This document shows positions 13,401-28,400 of a DNA stretch of 64,000 nucleotides, in pieces (position 1 is the stretch's first letter; each line of letters starts with the position of its first letter). The notes under the pieces are model-generated. The model was not told the origin of the DNA. It saw only the letters and a program-made list of their open reading frames with translations, and ran no database searches. Source of the stretch: Malacoraja senta (Eukaryota); NCBI GenBank assembly GCA_038087875.1, contig JAXLNO010000088.1:1-64000 (forward strand). Direction: 5' to 3'. A program made the position numbers and the translations under genes.

Positions 13401-16400
13401 CGGAATTGTGGCGACCTTGCCGGATTTATGGCGACTTTGTGGGATTTGGGGCTATCTTGCTGGATTTATGGCGACCTTGCCGGAAATGTGGCGACCTTGC
13501 CTGATTCATGACGACCGTGCCGGAAATGTGGCGTCCTTGCCGGATTTGTGGCGACGATGCCGGATTTCTGCCGACCTTGCCGAAATGTTGCGAACTTGCC
13601 GGATTTGTGGCGACCTTGCCGGATCTATGGCGACCTTGCCGGAAATGTGGCGACCTTGCCGGATTTGACGCGACTTTGCCGGAAATATGGCGAACTTGCC
13701 GGATTTATGGCGTCCTACCCGGATTTATGGCGACCTTGCCAGAAATACGACGACCTTGCCGGAGTTATGTAGACTTTGCAGATTTATGGCAAACTTGCTG
13801 GATTTATGGCGACTTTGCCGGAACTATGTCGACATCGCCGGAATTATGGCGACCTTGCCCGATTTACGGCGACCTGGCCGGAAATATGGCGACCTCGCCG
13901 GATTTATGGCGACCTTGCCGGAAATATGGCGAACTTGCCGGATTTATGGTGACCTTGCCGCATTTGTGGCGACCTTGCCGGATTTATGGCGACCTTGCCG
14001 CATTTGTGGCGACCTTGCCGGATTTGTGGCGATCTTGCCGGATTTATGGCGATCTTGCCGGGAATGTGGCGACCTTGCCGGATTTGTGGCGACCTTGCCG
14101 GATTTATGGCGACCTTGCCGGGAATGTGGCGACCTTGCCGGATTTATGGCGACATTCCCGGATTAATGGCGACCTTGCCGGAAATGTGGCGACCTTCCCG
14201 GAAAAGTGGCGACCTTGCCGCATTTGTGGTGACCCTGCAGGATTTGTGGCGACATCGCCGGAAATATGGCGACCTCGCCGGATTTATGGCGACCTTTCCG
14301 GAAATATGGCGACCTTCCCGGATTGATGGCGACCTTGCTGGATTTATGGCGACCTTGCCGGAAATATGGCGACCTCGCCGGGTTTGTGGCGACCATGCCG
14401 GATTTATGGCGACCTTGTGGGATTTGTGGCGACCTTGCCGGATTTATGGCGACCTTGCCGGAAATGTGACGATCTTACCGGATTCATGGCGACCTTGCCG
14501 TAAATGTGGCGACCTTGCCGGTTTGTGGCGACGATGTCGGATTTCTGGCGACCTTGCCGCAAATGTGGCGACCTTGCCGGATTTGTGGCGACCTTGCCGG
14601 ATTTATGGCGACCTTGTGGAATTTGTGGCGACCTTGCCGGATTTATGGCGACCTTGCCGGACATGGCGACCTTGCCGGATTAATGGCGACCTTGCTGGAA
14701 ATGTGGCGACCTTGCCGGATTTCTGGCGACCTTGTGGGATTTGTGGCGACGTTGCCGGATTTATGGCGGCCTTGCCGGAAATGTGGCGACCTTGCCGCAT
14801 TTGTGGCGACTTGCTGGGTTTGTGGCGACCTTGCCGGATTTATGGCGACCTTGCCGGAAATGTGGCGACCTTGCCGGATTTGCAGCGACCTTGCCGGATT
14901 TATGGCGACCTTGCCGGGAATGTGGCGGCCTTGCCGGATTTATGGCGAAATTCCCGGATTAATGGCGACCTTGCCTGAAATGTGGCGACCTTGCCGGATT
15001 AGTGGCGACCTTGCCCGATTTATGGCGACCTTGCCTGAAATGTGGCGACCTTGACGGATTTGTGGCGACCTTGACGGATTTATGGCGACCTTGCCGGGGA
15101 TGTGGCGTCCTTACCGGATTTGTGTCGACCTTGCCGGATTTATGGCGACATTGCCGGAATTGTGGCGACCTTGCCGGAATTGTGGCGACCTTGCCGGATT
15201 TATGGCGACTTTGTGGGATTTGGGGCGACCTTGCTGGATTTATGGCGACCTTGCCGGAAATGTGGCGACCTTGCCGGATTCATGACGACCGTGCCGGAAA
15301 TGTAGCGTCCTTGCCGGATTTGTGGCGACGATGCCGGATTTCTGCCGACCTTGCCGAAATGTTGCGAACTTGCCGGATTTGTGGCGACCTTGCCGGATCT
15401 ATGGCGACCTTGCCGGAAATGTGGCGACCTTGCCGGATTTGACGCGACTTTGCCGGAAATATGGCGAACTTGCCGGATTTATGGCGTCCTAGCCGGATTT
15501 ATGGCGACCTTGCCAGAAATACGACGACCTTGCCGGAGTTATGTAGACTTTGCAGATTTATGGCAAACTTGCTGGATTTATGGTGACTTTGCCGGAACTA
15601 TGTCGACATCGCCGGAATTATGGCGACCTTGCCCGATTTATGGCGACCTGGCCGGAAATATGGCGACCTCGCCGGATTTATGGCGACCTTGCCGGAAATA
15701 TGGCGACCTTGCCGGATTTATGGCGACCTTGCCGCATTTGTGGCGACCTTGCCGGATTTATGGCGACCTTGCCGCATTTGTGGCGACCTTGCCGGATTTG
15801 TGGCGACCTTGCCGGATTTATGGCGACCTTGCCGGAAATGTGGCGACCTTGCCGGATTTGTGGCGACCTTGCCGGATTTATGGCGACCTTGCCGGGAATG
15901 TGGCGACCTTGCCGGATTTATGGCGACCTTGCCGGAAATGTGACGATCTTACCGGATTCATGGCGACCTTGCCGTAAATGTGGCGACCTCGCCGGTTTGT
16001 GGCGACGATGCCGGATTTCTGGCGACCTTGCCGCAAATGTGGCGACCTTGCCGGATTTGTGGCGACCTTGCCGGATTTATGGCGACCTTGTGGAATTTGT
16101 GGCGACCTTGCCGGATTTATGGCGACCTTGCCGGACGTGGCGACCTTGCCGGATTCATGGCGACCTTGCTGGAAATGTGGCGACCTTGCCGGATTTGTGG
16201 CGAAGAAGCCGGTTTTCTGGCGAACTTGCCGAAATGTGGCGACCTTGCCGGATTTGACGCGACCTTGCCGGACTTGTGGCGACCTTGCCGGATTCATGGC
16301 GACCTGGCCGGAAATATGGCGACCTCGCCGGATCTATGGCGACCTTGCCGGAAATATGGCGACCTTGCCGGATTTATGGCGACCTTGCCGCATTTGTGGC

Positions 16401-19400
16401 GACCTTGCCGGATTTATGGCGACCTTGCCGCATTTGTGGCGACTTTGCCGGATTTGTGGCGACCTTGCCAGATTTATGGCGACCTTGCCGGAAATGTGGC
16501 GACCTTGCCGGATTTGTGGCGACCTTGCCGGATTTATGGCGACCTTGCCGGGAATGTGGCGACCTTGCCGGATTTATGGCGACATTCCCGGATTAATGTC
16601 GACCTTGCCGGAAATGTGGCGACCTTGCCGGAAATGTGGCGACCTTGCCGCATTTGTGGTGACCCTGCAGGATTTGTGGCGACATCGCCGGAAATATGGC
16701 GAACTCGCCGGATTTATGGCGACCTTGCCGGAAATATGGCGACCTTCCCGGATTGATGGCGACCTTGCTGGATTTATGGCGACCTTGCCGGAAATATGGC
16801 GACCTCGCCGGGTTTGTGGCGACCGTGCCGGATTTATGGCGACCTTGTGGGATTTGTGGCGACCTTCCCGGATTTATGGCGACCTTGCCGGAAATGTGAC
16901 GATCTTACCGGATTCATGACGACCTTGCCGTAAATGTGGCGACCTTGCCGGTTTGTGGCGACGATGCCGGATTTCTGGCGACCTTGCCGCAAATGTGGCG
17001 ACATTGCCGGATTTGTGGCGACCTTGCCGGATTTATGGTGACCTTGTGGAATTTGTGGCGACCTTGCCGGATTTATGGCGACCTTGCCGGACGTGGCGAC
17101 CTTGCCGGATTCATGGCGACCTTGCTGGAAATGTGGCGACCTTGCCGGATTTGTGGCGAAGAAGCCGGATTTCTGGCGAACTTGCCGAAATGTTGCGACC
17201 TTGCCGGATTTCTGGCGACCTTGCCGGATCTATGGCGACCTTGCAGGAAATGTGGCGACCTTGCCGCATTTGTGGCGACCTTGCTGGGTTTGTGGCGACC
17301 TTGCCGGATTTATGGCGACCTTGCCGGAAATGTGGCGACCTTGCCTGATTTGCAGCGACCTTGCCGGATTTATGGCGACCTTGCCGGGAATGTGGCGACC
17401 TTGCCGGATTTATGGCGAAATTCCCGGATTAATGGCGACCTTGCCTGAAATGTGGCGACCTTGCCGGATTAGTGGCGACCTTGCCCGATTTATGGCGACC
17501 TTGCCTGAAATGTGGCGACCTTGACGGATTTGTGGCGACCTTGACGAATTTATGGCGACGTTGCCGGGGATGTGGCGACCTTACCGGATTTGTGTCGACC
17601 TAGCCGGATTTATGGCGACATTGCCGGAATTGTGGCGACCTTGCCGGAATTGTGGCGACCTTGCCGGATTTATGGCGACTTTGTGGGATTTGGGGCGACC
17701 TTGCCGGATTTATGGCGACCTTGCCGGAAATGTGGCGACCTTGCCGGATTCATGACGACCGTGCCGGAAATGTGGCGTCCTTGCCGGATTTGTGGCGACG
17801 ATGCCGGATTTCTGCCGACCTTGCCGAAATGTTGCGAACTTGCCGGATTTGTGGCGTCCTTGCCGGATCTATGGCGACCTTGCCGGAAATGTGGCGACCT
17901 TGCCGGATTTGACGCGACTTTGCCGGAAATATGGCGAACTTGCCTGATTTATGGCGACCTTGCCAGAAATAGACGACCTTGCCGGAGTTATGTAGACTTT
18001 GCAGATTTATGGCAAACTTGCTGGATTTATGGCGACTTTGCCGGAACTATGTCGACATCGCCGGAATTATGGCGACCTTGCCCGATTTATGGCGACCTGG
18101 CCGGAAATATGGCGACCTCGCCGGATTTATGGCGACCTTGCCGGAAATATGGCGACCTTGCCGGATTTATGGCGACCTTGCCGCATGTGTGGCGACCTTG
18201 CCGGATTTATGGCGACCTTGCCGCATTTGTGGCGACCTTGCCGGATTTTTGGCGACCTTGCCGGATTTATGGCGACCTTGCCGTAAATGTGGCGACCTTG
18301 CCGGATTTGTGGCGACCTTGCCGGATTTATGGCGACCTTGCCGGAAATGTGGCGACCTTGCCGGAAATGTGGCGACCTTGCTGCATTTGTGGTGACCCTG
18401 CAGGATTTGTGGCGACATCGCCGGAAATATGGCGACCTCGCCGGATTTATGGCGACCTTGCCGGCAATATGGCGACCTTCCCGGATTGATGGCGACCTTG
18501 CTGGATTTATGGCGACCTTGCCGGCAATATGGCGACCTCGCCGGGTTTGTGGCGACCGTGCCGGATTTATGGCGACCTTGTGGGATTTGTGGCGACCTTG
18601 CCGGATTTATGGCGACCTTGCCGGAAATGTGCCGATCTTACCGGATTCATGGCGACCTTGCCGTAAATGTGGCGACCTTGCCGGTTTGTGGCGACGATGC
18701 CGGATTTCTGGCGACCTTGCCGCAAATGTGGCGACCTTGCCGGATTTGTGGCGACCTTGCCGGATTTATGGCGACCTTGTGGAATTTGTGGCGACCTTGC
18801 CGGGTTTATGGCGACATTGCCGGACGTGGTGACCTTGCCGGATTCATGGCGACCTTGCTGGAAATGTGGCGACTTTGCCGGATTTGTGGCGAAGAAGCCG
18901 GATTTCTGGCGAACTTGCCGAAATGTGGCGACCTTGCCGGATTTGACGCGACCTTGCCGGACTTGTGGCGACCTTGCCGGATTCATGGCGACCTGGCCGG
19001 AAATATGGCGACCTCGCCGGATTTATGGCGACCTTGCCGGAAATATGGCGACCTGGCCGGATTTATGGCGACCTTGCCGCATTTGTGGCGACCTTGCCGG
19101 ATTTATGGCGACCTTGCCGCATTTGTGGCGACCTTGCCGGATTTGTGGCGACCTTGCCGGATTTATGGCGACCTTGCCGGAAATGTGGCGACCTCGCCGG
19201 ATTTGTGGCGACCTTGCCGGATTTATGGCGACCTTGCCGGGAATGTGGCGACCTTGCCGGATTTATGGCGACATTCCCGGATTAATGGCGACCTTGCCGG
19301 AAATGTGGCGACCTTGCCGGAAATGTGGCGACCTTGCCGCATTTGTGGTGACCCTGCAGGATTTGTGGCGACATCGCCGGAAATATGGCGACCTCGCCGG

Positions 19401-22400
19401 ATTTATGGCGACCTTGCCGGAAATATGGCGACCTTCCCGGATTGATGGCGACCTTGCTGGATTTATGGCGACCTTGCCGGAAATATGGCGACTTCGCCGG
19501 GTTTGTGGCGACCGTGCCGGATATATGGCGACCTTGTGGGATTTGTGGCGACCTTGCCGGATTTATGGCGACCTTGCCGGAAATGTGACGACCTTGCCGG
19601 TTTGTTGCGACGATGCCGGATTTCTGGCGACCTTGCCGCAAATGTGGCGACCTTGCGGGATTTGTGGCGACCTTGCCGGATTTATGGCGACCTTGTGGAA
19701 TTTGTGGCGACCTTGCCGGATTTATGGCGACCTTGCCGGACGTGGCGACCTTGCCGGATTCATGGCGACCTTGCTGGAAATGTGGCGACCTTGCCGGATT
19801 TATGGGGACCTTGTGGGATTTGTGGCGACCTTGCCGGATTTATGGCGACCTTGCCGGAAATGTGACGACCTTGCCGGATTCATGGCGACCTTGCCGGAAA
19901 TGTGGCGACCTTGCCGCATTTGTGGCGACCTTGCTGGGTTTGTGGCGACCTTGCCGGATTTATGGTGACCTTGCCGGAAATGTGGCGACCTTGCCGGATT
20001 TGCAGCGACCTTGCCGGATTTATGGCGACCTTGCCGGGAATGTGGCGACCTTGCCGGATTTATGGCGAAGTTCCCGGATTAATGGCGACCTTGCCGGAAA
20101 TGTGGCGACCTTGCCGGATTAGTGGCGACCTTGCCCGATTTATGGCGACCTTGCCTGAAATGTGGCGACCTTGGCGGATTTGTGGCGACCTTGACGGATT
20201 TATGGCGAACTTGCCGGGGATGTGGCGACCTTACCGGATTTGTGTCGACCTTGCCGGATTTATGGCGACATGCCGGAATTGTGGCGACCTTGCCGGAATT
20301 GTGGCGACCTTGCCGGATTTATGGCGACTTTGTGGGATTTGGGGCGACCTTGCCGGATTTATGGCGACCTTGCCGGAAATGTGGCGACCTTGCCGGATTC
20401 ATGACGACCTTGCCGGAAATGTGGCGACCTTGCCGCATTTGTGGCGACCTTGCTGGGTTTGTGGCGACCTTGCCGGATTTATGGTGACCTTGCCGGAAAT
20501 GTGGCGACCTTGCCGGATTTGCAGCGACCTTGCCGGATTTATGGCGACCTTGCCGGGAATGTGGCGACCTTGCCGGATTTATGGCGAAGTTCCCGGATTA
20601 ATGGCGACCTTGCCGGAAATGTGGCGACCTTGCCGGATTAGTGGCGACCTTGCCCGATTTATGGCGACCTTGCCTGAAATGTGGCGACCTTGGCGGATTT
20701 GTGGCGACCTTGACGGATTTATGGCGAACTTGCCGGGGATGTGGCGACCTTACCGGATTTGTGTCGACCTTGCCGGATTTATGGCGACATGCCGGAATTG
20801 TGGCGACCTTGCCGGAATTGTGGCGACCTTGCCGGATTTATGGCGACTTTGTGGGATTTGGGGCGACCTTGCCGGATTTATGGCGACCTTGCCGGAAATG
20901 TGGCGACCTTGCCGGATTCATGACGACCTTGCCGGAAATGTGGCGTCCTTGCCGGATTTGTGGCGACGATGCCGGATTTCTGCCGACCTTGCCGAAATGT
21001 TGCGAACTTGCCGGGTTTGTGGCGACCTTGCCGGATCTATGGCGACCTTGCCGGAAATGTGGCGACCTTGCCGGATTTGACGCGACTTTGCCGGAAATAT
21101 GGCGAACTTGCTGGATTTATGGCGTCCTAGCCGGATTTATGGCGACCTTGCCAGAAATACGACGACCTTGCCGGAGTTATGTAGACTTTGCAGATTTATG
21201 GCAAACTTGCTGGATTTATGGTGACTTTGCCGTAATTATGTCGACATCGCCGGAATTATGGCGACCTTGCCCGATTTATGGCGAGGTGGCCGGAAATATG
21301 GCGACCTCGCCGTATTTATGGCGACCTTGCCGGAAATATGGCGACCTTGCCGGATTTATGGCGACCTTGCCGGATTTATGGCGACCTTGCCGCATTTGTG
21401 GCGACCTTGCCGGATTTGTGGCGACCTTGCCGGATTTATGGCGACCTTGCCGGAAATGTGGCGACCTTGCCGGATTTGTGGCGACCTTGCCGGATTTATG
21501 GCGACCTTGCCGGGAATGTGGCGACCTTGCCGGATTTATGGCGACATTCCCGGATTAATGGCGACCTTGCCGGAAATGTGGCGACCTTGCCGGATTTGAC
21601 GCGACTTTGCCGGAAATATGGCGAACTTGCCGGATTTATGGCGTCCTAGCCGGATTTATGGCGACCTTGCCAGAAATACGACGACCTTGCCGGAGTTATG
21701 TAGACTTTGCAGATTTATGGCAAACTTGCTGGATTTATGGCGACTTTGCCGGAATTATGTCGACATCGCCGGAATTATGGCGACCTTGCCCGATTTATGG
21801 CGACGTGGCCGGAAATATGGCGACCTCGCCGGATTTATGGCGACCTTGCCGGAAATATGGCGACCTTGCCGGATTTATGGCGACCTTGCCGCATTTGTGG
21901 CGACCTTGCCGGATTTATGGCGACGTTGCCGCATTTGTGGCGACCTTGCCGGATTTGTGGCGACCTTGCCGGATTTATGGCGACCTTGCCGGAAATGTGG
22001 CGACCTTGCCGGATTTGTGGCGACCTTGCCGGATTTATGGCGACCTTGCCGGGAATGTGGCGACCTTGCCGGGTTTATGGCGACATTCCCGGATTAATGG
22101 CGACTTTGCCGGAAATGTGGCGACCTTGCCGGAAATGTGGCGACCTTGCCGGATTTGACGCGACTTTGCCGGAAATATGGCGAACTTGCCGGATTTATGG
22201 CGTCCTAGCCGGATTTATGGCGACCTTGCCAGAAATACGACGACCTTGCCGGAGTTATGTAGACTTTGCAGATTTATGGCAAACTTGCTGGATTTATGGC
22301 GACTTTGCCGGAATTATGTCGACATCGCCGGAATTATGGCGACCTTGCCCGATTTATGGCGACGTGGCCGGAAATATGGCGACCTCGCCGGATTTATGGC

Positions 22401-25400
22401 GACCTTGCCGGAAATATGGCGACCTTGCCGGATTTATGGCGACCTTGCCGCATTTGTGGCGACCTTGCCGGATTTATGGCGACGTTGCCGCATTTGTGGC
22501 GACCTTGCCGGATTTGTGGCGACCTTGCCGGATTTATGGCGACCTTGCCGGAAATGTGGCGACCTTGCCGGATTTGTGGCGACCTTGCCGGATTTATGGC
22601 GACCTTGCCGGGAATGTGGCGACCTTGCCGGGTTTATGGCGACATTCCCGGATTAATGGCGACTTTGCCGGAAATGTGGCGACCTTGCCGGAAATATGGC
22701 CACCTTGCCGCATTTGTGGTGATCCTGCAGGATTTGTGGCGACATCGCCGGAAATATGGCGACCTCGCCGGATTTATCGCGACCTTGCCGGAAATATGGC
22801 GACCTTCCCGGATTGATGGCGACCTTGCTGGATTTATGGCGACCTTGCCGGGAATGTGGCGACCTTGCCGGATTTATGGCGACATTCCCGGATTAATGGC
22901 GACCTTGCCGGAAATGTGGCGACCTTGCCGGATTTGATGCGACTTTGCCGGAAATATGGCGAACTTGCCGGATTTATGGCGTCCTAGCCGGATTTATGGC
23001 GACCTTGCCAGAAATACGACGACCTTGCCGGAGTTATGTAGACTTTGCAGATTTATGGCAAACTTGCTGGATTTATGGCGACTTTGCCGGAATTATGTCG
23101 ACATCGCCGGAATAATGGCGACCTTGCCCGATTTATGGCGACGTGGCCGGAAATATGGCGACCTCGCCGGATATATGGCGACCTTGCCGGAAATATGGCG
23201 ACCTTGCCGGATTTATGGCGACCTTGCCGCATTTGTGGCGACCTTGCCGGATTTATGGCGACCTTGCCGCATTTGTGGCGACCTTGCCGGATTTGTGGCG
23301 ACCTTGCCGGATTTATGGCGACCTTGCCGGAAATGTGGCGACCTTGCCGGATTTGTGGCGACCTTGCCGGATTTATGGCGACCTTGCCGGGAATGTGGCG
23401 ACCTTGCCGGGTTTATGGCGACATTCCCGAATTAATGGCGACCTTGCCGGAAATGTGGCGACCTTGCCGGAAATATGGCCACCTTGCCGCATTTGTGGTG
23501 ACCCTGCAGGATTTGTGGCGACATCGCCGGAAATATGGCGACCTTCCCGGATTGATGGCGACCTTGCTGGATTTATGGCGACCTTGCCGGAAATATGGCG
23601 ACCTCGCCGGGTTTGTGGCGACCGTGCCGGATTTATGGCGACCTAGTGGGATTTGTGGCGACCTTGCCGGATTTATGGCGACCTTGCCGGAAATGTGACG
23701 ATCTTACCGGATTCATGGCGACCTTGCCGTAAACGTGGCGACCTTGCCGGTTTGTGGCGACGATGCCGGATTTCTGGCGACCTTGCCGCAAATGTGGCGA
23801 CCTTGCCGGATTTGTGGCGACCTTGCCGGATTTATGGCGACCTTGTGGAATTTGTGGCGACCTTGCCGGATTTATGGCGACCTTGCCGGAAATGTGGCGA
23901 CCTTCCCGGATTTGTGGCGACCTTGCCGGATTTATGGCGACCTTGCCGGGAATGTGGCGACCTTGCCGGATTTATGGCGACATTCCCGGATTAATGGCGA
24001 CCTTGCCGGAAATGTGGCGACCTTGCCGGATTTGACGCGACTTTGCCGGAAATATGGCGAATTTGCCGGATTTATGGCGTCCTAGCCGGATTTATGGCGA
24101 CCTTGCCAGAAATACGACGACCTTGCCGGAGTTATGTAGACTTTGCAGATTTATGGCAAACTTGCTGGATTTATGCGGACTTTGCCGGAATTATGTCGAC
24201 ATCGCCGGAATTATGGCGACCTTGCCCGATTTATGGCGACGTGGCCGGAAATATGGCGACCTCGCCGGATTTATGGCGACCTTGCCGGGAATGTGGCGAC
24301 CTTGCCGGATTTATGGCGACATTCCCGGATTAATGGCGACCTTGCCGGAAATGTGGCGACCTTGCCGGATTTGACGCGACTTTGCCGGAAATATGGCGAA
24401 CTTGCCGGATTTATGGCGTCCTAGCCGGATTTATGGCGACCTTGCCAGAAATACGACGACCTTGCCGGAGTTATGTAGACTTTGCAGATTTATGGCAAAC
24501 TTGCTGGATTTATGGCGACTTTGCCGGAATTATGTCGACATCGCCGGAATTATGGCGACCTTGCCCGATTTATGGCGACGTGGCCGGAAATATGGCGACC
24601 TCGCCGGATTTATGGCGACCTTGCCGGAAATATGGCGACCTTGCCGGATTTATGGCGACGTTGCCGCATTTGTGGCGACCTTGCCGGATTTGTGGCGACC
24701 TTGCCGGATTTATGGCGACCTTGCCGGAAATGTGGCGACCTTGCCGGATTTGTGGCGACCTTGCCGGATTTATGGCGACCTTGCCGGGAATGTGGCGACC
24801 TTGCCGGGTTTATGGCGACATTCCCGGATTAATGGCGACCTTGCCGCAAATGTGGCGACCTTGCCCGGATTTGTGGCGACCTTGCCGGATTTATGGCGAC
24901 CTTGTGGAATTTGTGGCGACCTTGCCGGATTTATGGCGACCTTGCCGGAAATGTGGCGACCTTCCCGGATTTGTGGCGACCTTGCCGGATTTATGGCGAC
25001 CTTGCCGGGAATGTGGCGACCTTGCCGGATTTATGGCGACATTCCAGGATTAATGGCGACCTTGCCGGAAATGTGGCGACCTTGCCGGATTTGACGCGAC
25101 TTTGCCGGAAATATGGCGAATTTGCCGGATTTATGGCGTCCTAGCCGGATTTATGGCGACCTTGCCAGAAATACGACGACCTTGCCGGAGTTATGTAGAC
25201 TTTGCAGATTTATGGCAAACTTGCTGGATTTATGGGGACTTTGCCGGAATTATGTCGACATCGCCGGAATTATGGCGACCTTGCCCGATTTATGGCGACG
25301 TGGCCGGAAATATGGCGACCTCGCCGGATTTATGGCGACCTTGCCGGAAATATGGCGACCTTGCCGGATTTATGGCGACCTTGCCGCATTTGTGGCGACC

Positions 25401-28400
25401 TTGCCGGATTTATGGCGACCTTGCCGCATTTGTGGCGACCTTGCCGGATTTGTGGCGACCTTGCCGGATTTATGGCGACCTTGCCGGAAATGTGGCGACC
25501 TTGCCGGATTTGTGGCGACCTTGCCGGATTTATGGCGACCTTGCCGTGAATGTGGCGACCTTGCCGGGTTTATGGCGACATTCCCGGATTAATGGCGACC
25601 TTGCCGGAAATGTGGCGACCTTGCCGGAAATGTGGCGACCTTGCCGCATTTGTGGTGACCCTGCAGGATTTGTGGCGACATCGCCGGAAATATGGCGACC
25701 TCGCCGGATTTATCGCGACCTTGCCGGAAATATGGCGACCTTCCCGGATTGATGGCGACCTTGCTGGATTTATGGCGACCTTGCCGGAAATATGGCGACC
25801 TCGCCGCGTTTGTGGCGACCGTGCCGGATTTATGGCGACCTTGTAGGATTTGTGGCGACCTTGCCGGATTTATGGCGACCTTGCCGGAAATGTGACGATC
25901 TTACCGGATTCATGGCGACCTTGCCGTAAATGTGGCGACCTTGCCGGTTTGTGGCGACGATGCCGGATTTCTGGCGACCTTGCCGCAAATGTGGCGACCT
26001 TGCCGGATTTGTGGCGACCTTGCCGGATTTATGGCGACCTTGTGGAATTTGTGGCGACCTTGCAGGATTTATGGCGACCTTGACGGACGTGGCGACCTTG
26101 CCGGATTCATGGCGACCTTGCTGGAAATGTGGCGACCTTGCCGGATTTGTGGCGAAGAAGCCGGATTTCTGGCGAACTTGCCGAAATGTGGCGACCTTGC
26201 CGGATTTGACGCGACCTTGCCGGACTTGTGGCGACCTTGCCTGATTCATGGCGACCTGGCCGGAAATATGGCGACCTCGCCGGATTTATGGCGACCTTGC
26301 CGGAAATATGGCGACCTTGCCGGATTTATGGCGACCTTGCCGCATTTGTGGCGACCTTGCCGGATTTATGGCGACCTTGCCGCATTTGTGGCGACCTTGC
26401 CGGATTTGTGGCGACCTTGCCGGATTTATGGCGACCTTGCCGGAAATATGGCGACCTTGCCGGATTTGTGGCGAACTTGCCGGATTTATGGCGACCTTGC
26501 CGGGAATGTGGCGACATTGCCGGATTTATGGCGACATTCCCGGATTTATGGCGACCTTGCCGGAAATGTGGCGACCTTGCCGGAAATGTGGCGACCTTGC
26601 CGCATTTGTGGTGACCCTGCAGGATTTGTGGCGACATCGCCGGAAATATGGCGACCTCGCCGGATTTATGGCGACCTTGCCGGAAATATGGCGACCTTCC
26701 CGGATTGATGGCGACCTTGCTGGATTTATGGCGACCTTGCCGGAAATATGGCGACCTCGCCGGGTTTGTGGCGACCGTGCAGGATTTATGGCGACCTTGT
26801 GGGATTTGTGGCGACCTTGCCGGATTTATGGCGACCTTGCCGGAAATGTGACGATCTTACCGGATTCATGGCGACCTTGCCGTAAATGTGGCGACCTTGC
26901 CGGTTTGTGGCGACGATGCCGGATTTCTGGCGACCTTGCCGCAAATGTGGCGACCTCGCCGGGTTTGTGGCGACCGTGCCGGATTTATTGCGACCTTGTG
27001 GGATTTGTGGCGACCTTGCCGGATTTATGGCGACCTTGCCGGAAATGTGACGATCTTACCGGATTCATGGCGACCTTGCCGTAAATGTGGCGACCTTGCC
27101 GGTTTCTGGCGACGATGCCGGATTTCTGGCGACCTTGCCGCAAATGTGGCGACCTTGCCGGATTTGTGGCGACCTTGCCGGATTTATGGCGAACTTGTGG
27201 TATTTGTGGCGACCTTGCCGGATTTATGGCGACCTTGCCGGACGTGGCGACCTTGCCGGATTCATGGCGACCTTGCTGGAAATGTGGCGACCTTCCCGGA
27301 TTTGTGGCGAAGAAGCCGGATTTCTGGCGAACTTGCCGAAATGTTGCGACCTTGCCGGATTTGTGGCGAAGAAGCCGGATTTCTGGCGAACTTGCCGAAA
27401 TGTTGCGACCTTGCCGGATTTGTGGCGACCTTGCCGGATCTATGGCGACCTTGCAGGAAATGTGGCGACCTTGCCGGATTTGACGCGACCTTGCCGGACT
27501 TGTGGCGACCTTGCCGGATTCATGGCGACCTTGCCGGAAATGTGGCGACCTTGCCGGATTGTTGGCGACCTCGCCGGGAATGTAGCGGAAATGTGGCGAC
27601 CTTGCCGGATTTGTGGCGACCTTGCCGGATTTATGGCGAACTTGTGGTATTTGTGGCGACCTTGCCGGATTTATGGCGACCTTGCCGGACGTGGCGACCT
27701 TGCCGGATTCATGGCGACCTTGCTGGAAATGTGGCGACCTTCCCGGATTTGTGGCGACCTTGCCGGATCTATGGCGACCTTGCAGGAAATGTGGCGACCT
27801 TGCCGGATTTGACGCGACCTTGCCGGACTTGTGGCGACCTTGCCGGATTCATGGCGACCTTGCCGGAAATGTGGCGACCTTGCCGGATTGTTGGCGACCT
27901 CGCCGGGAATGTAGCGGAAATGTGGCGACCTTGCCGGATTTGTGGCGACCTTGCCGGATTTATGGCGAACTTGTGGTATTTGTGGCGACCTTGCCGGATT
28001 TATGGCGACCTTGCCGGACGTGGCGACCTTGCCGGATTCATGGCGACCTTGCTGGAAATGTGGCGACCTTCCCGGATTTGTGGCGAAGAAGCCGGATTTC
28101 TGGCGAACTTGCCGAAATGTTGCGACCTTGCCGGATTTGTGGCGACCTTGCCGGATCTATGGCGACCTTGCAGGAAATGTGGCGACCTTGCCGGATTTGA
28201 CGCGACCTTGCCGGACTTGTGGCGACCTTGCCGGATTCATGGCGACCTTGCCGGAAATGTGGCGACCTTGCCGGATTGTTGGCGACCTCGCCGGGAATGT
28301 AGCGACCTTGCCGGATTTGTGGCGACATTGTCGGATTTATGGCGACCTCGACGGAAATGTTGCGATCTTGCCGGATTTTTGGTGACCTTGCCGGAAATAT

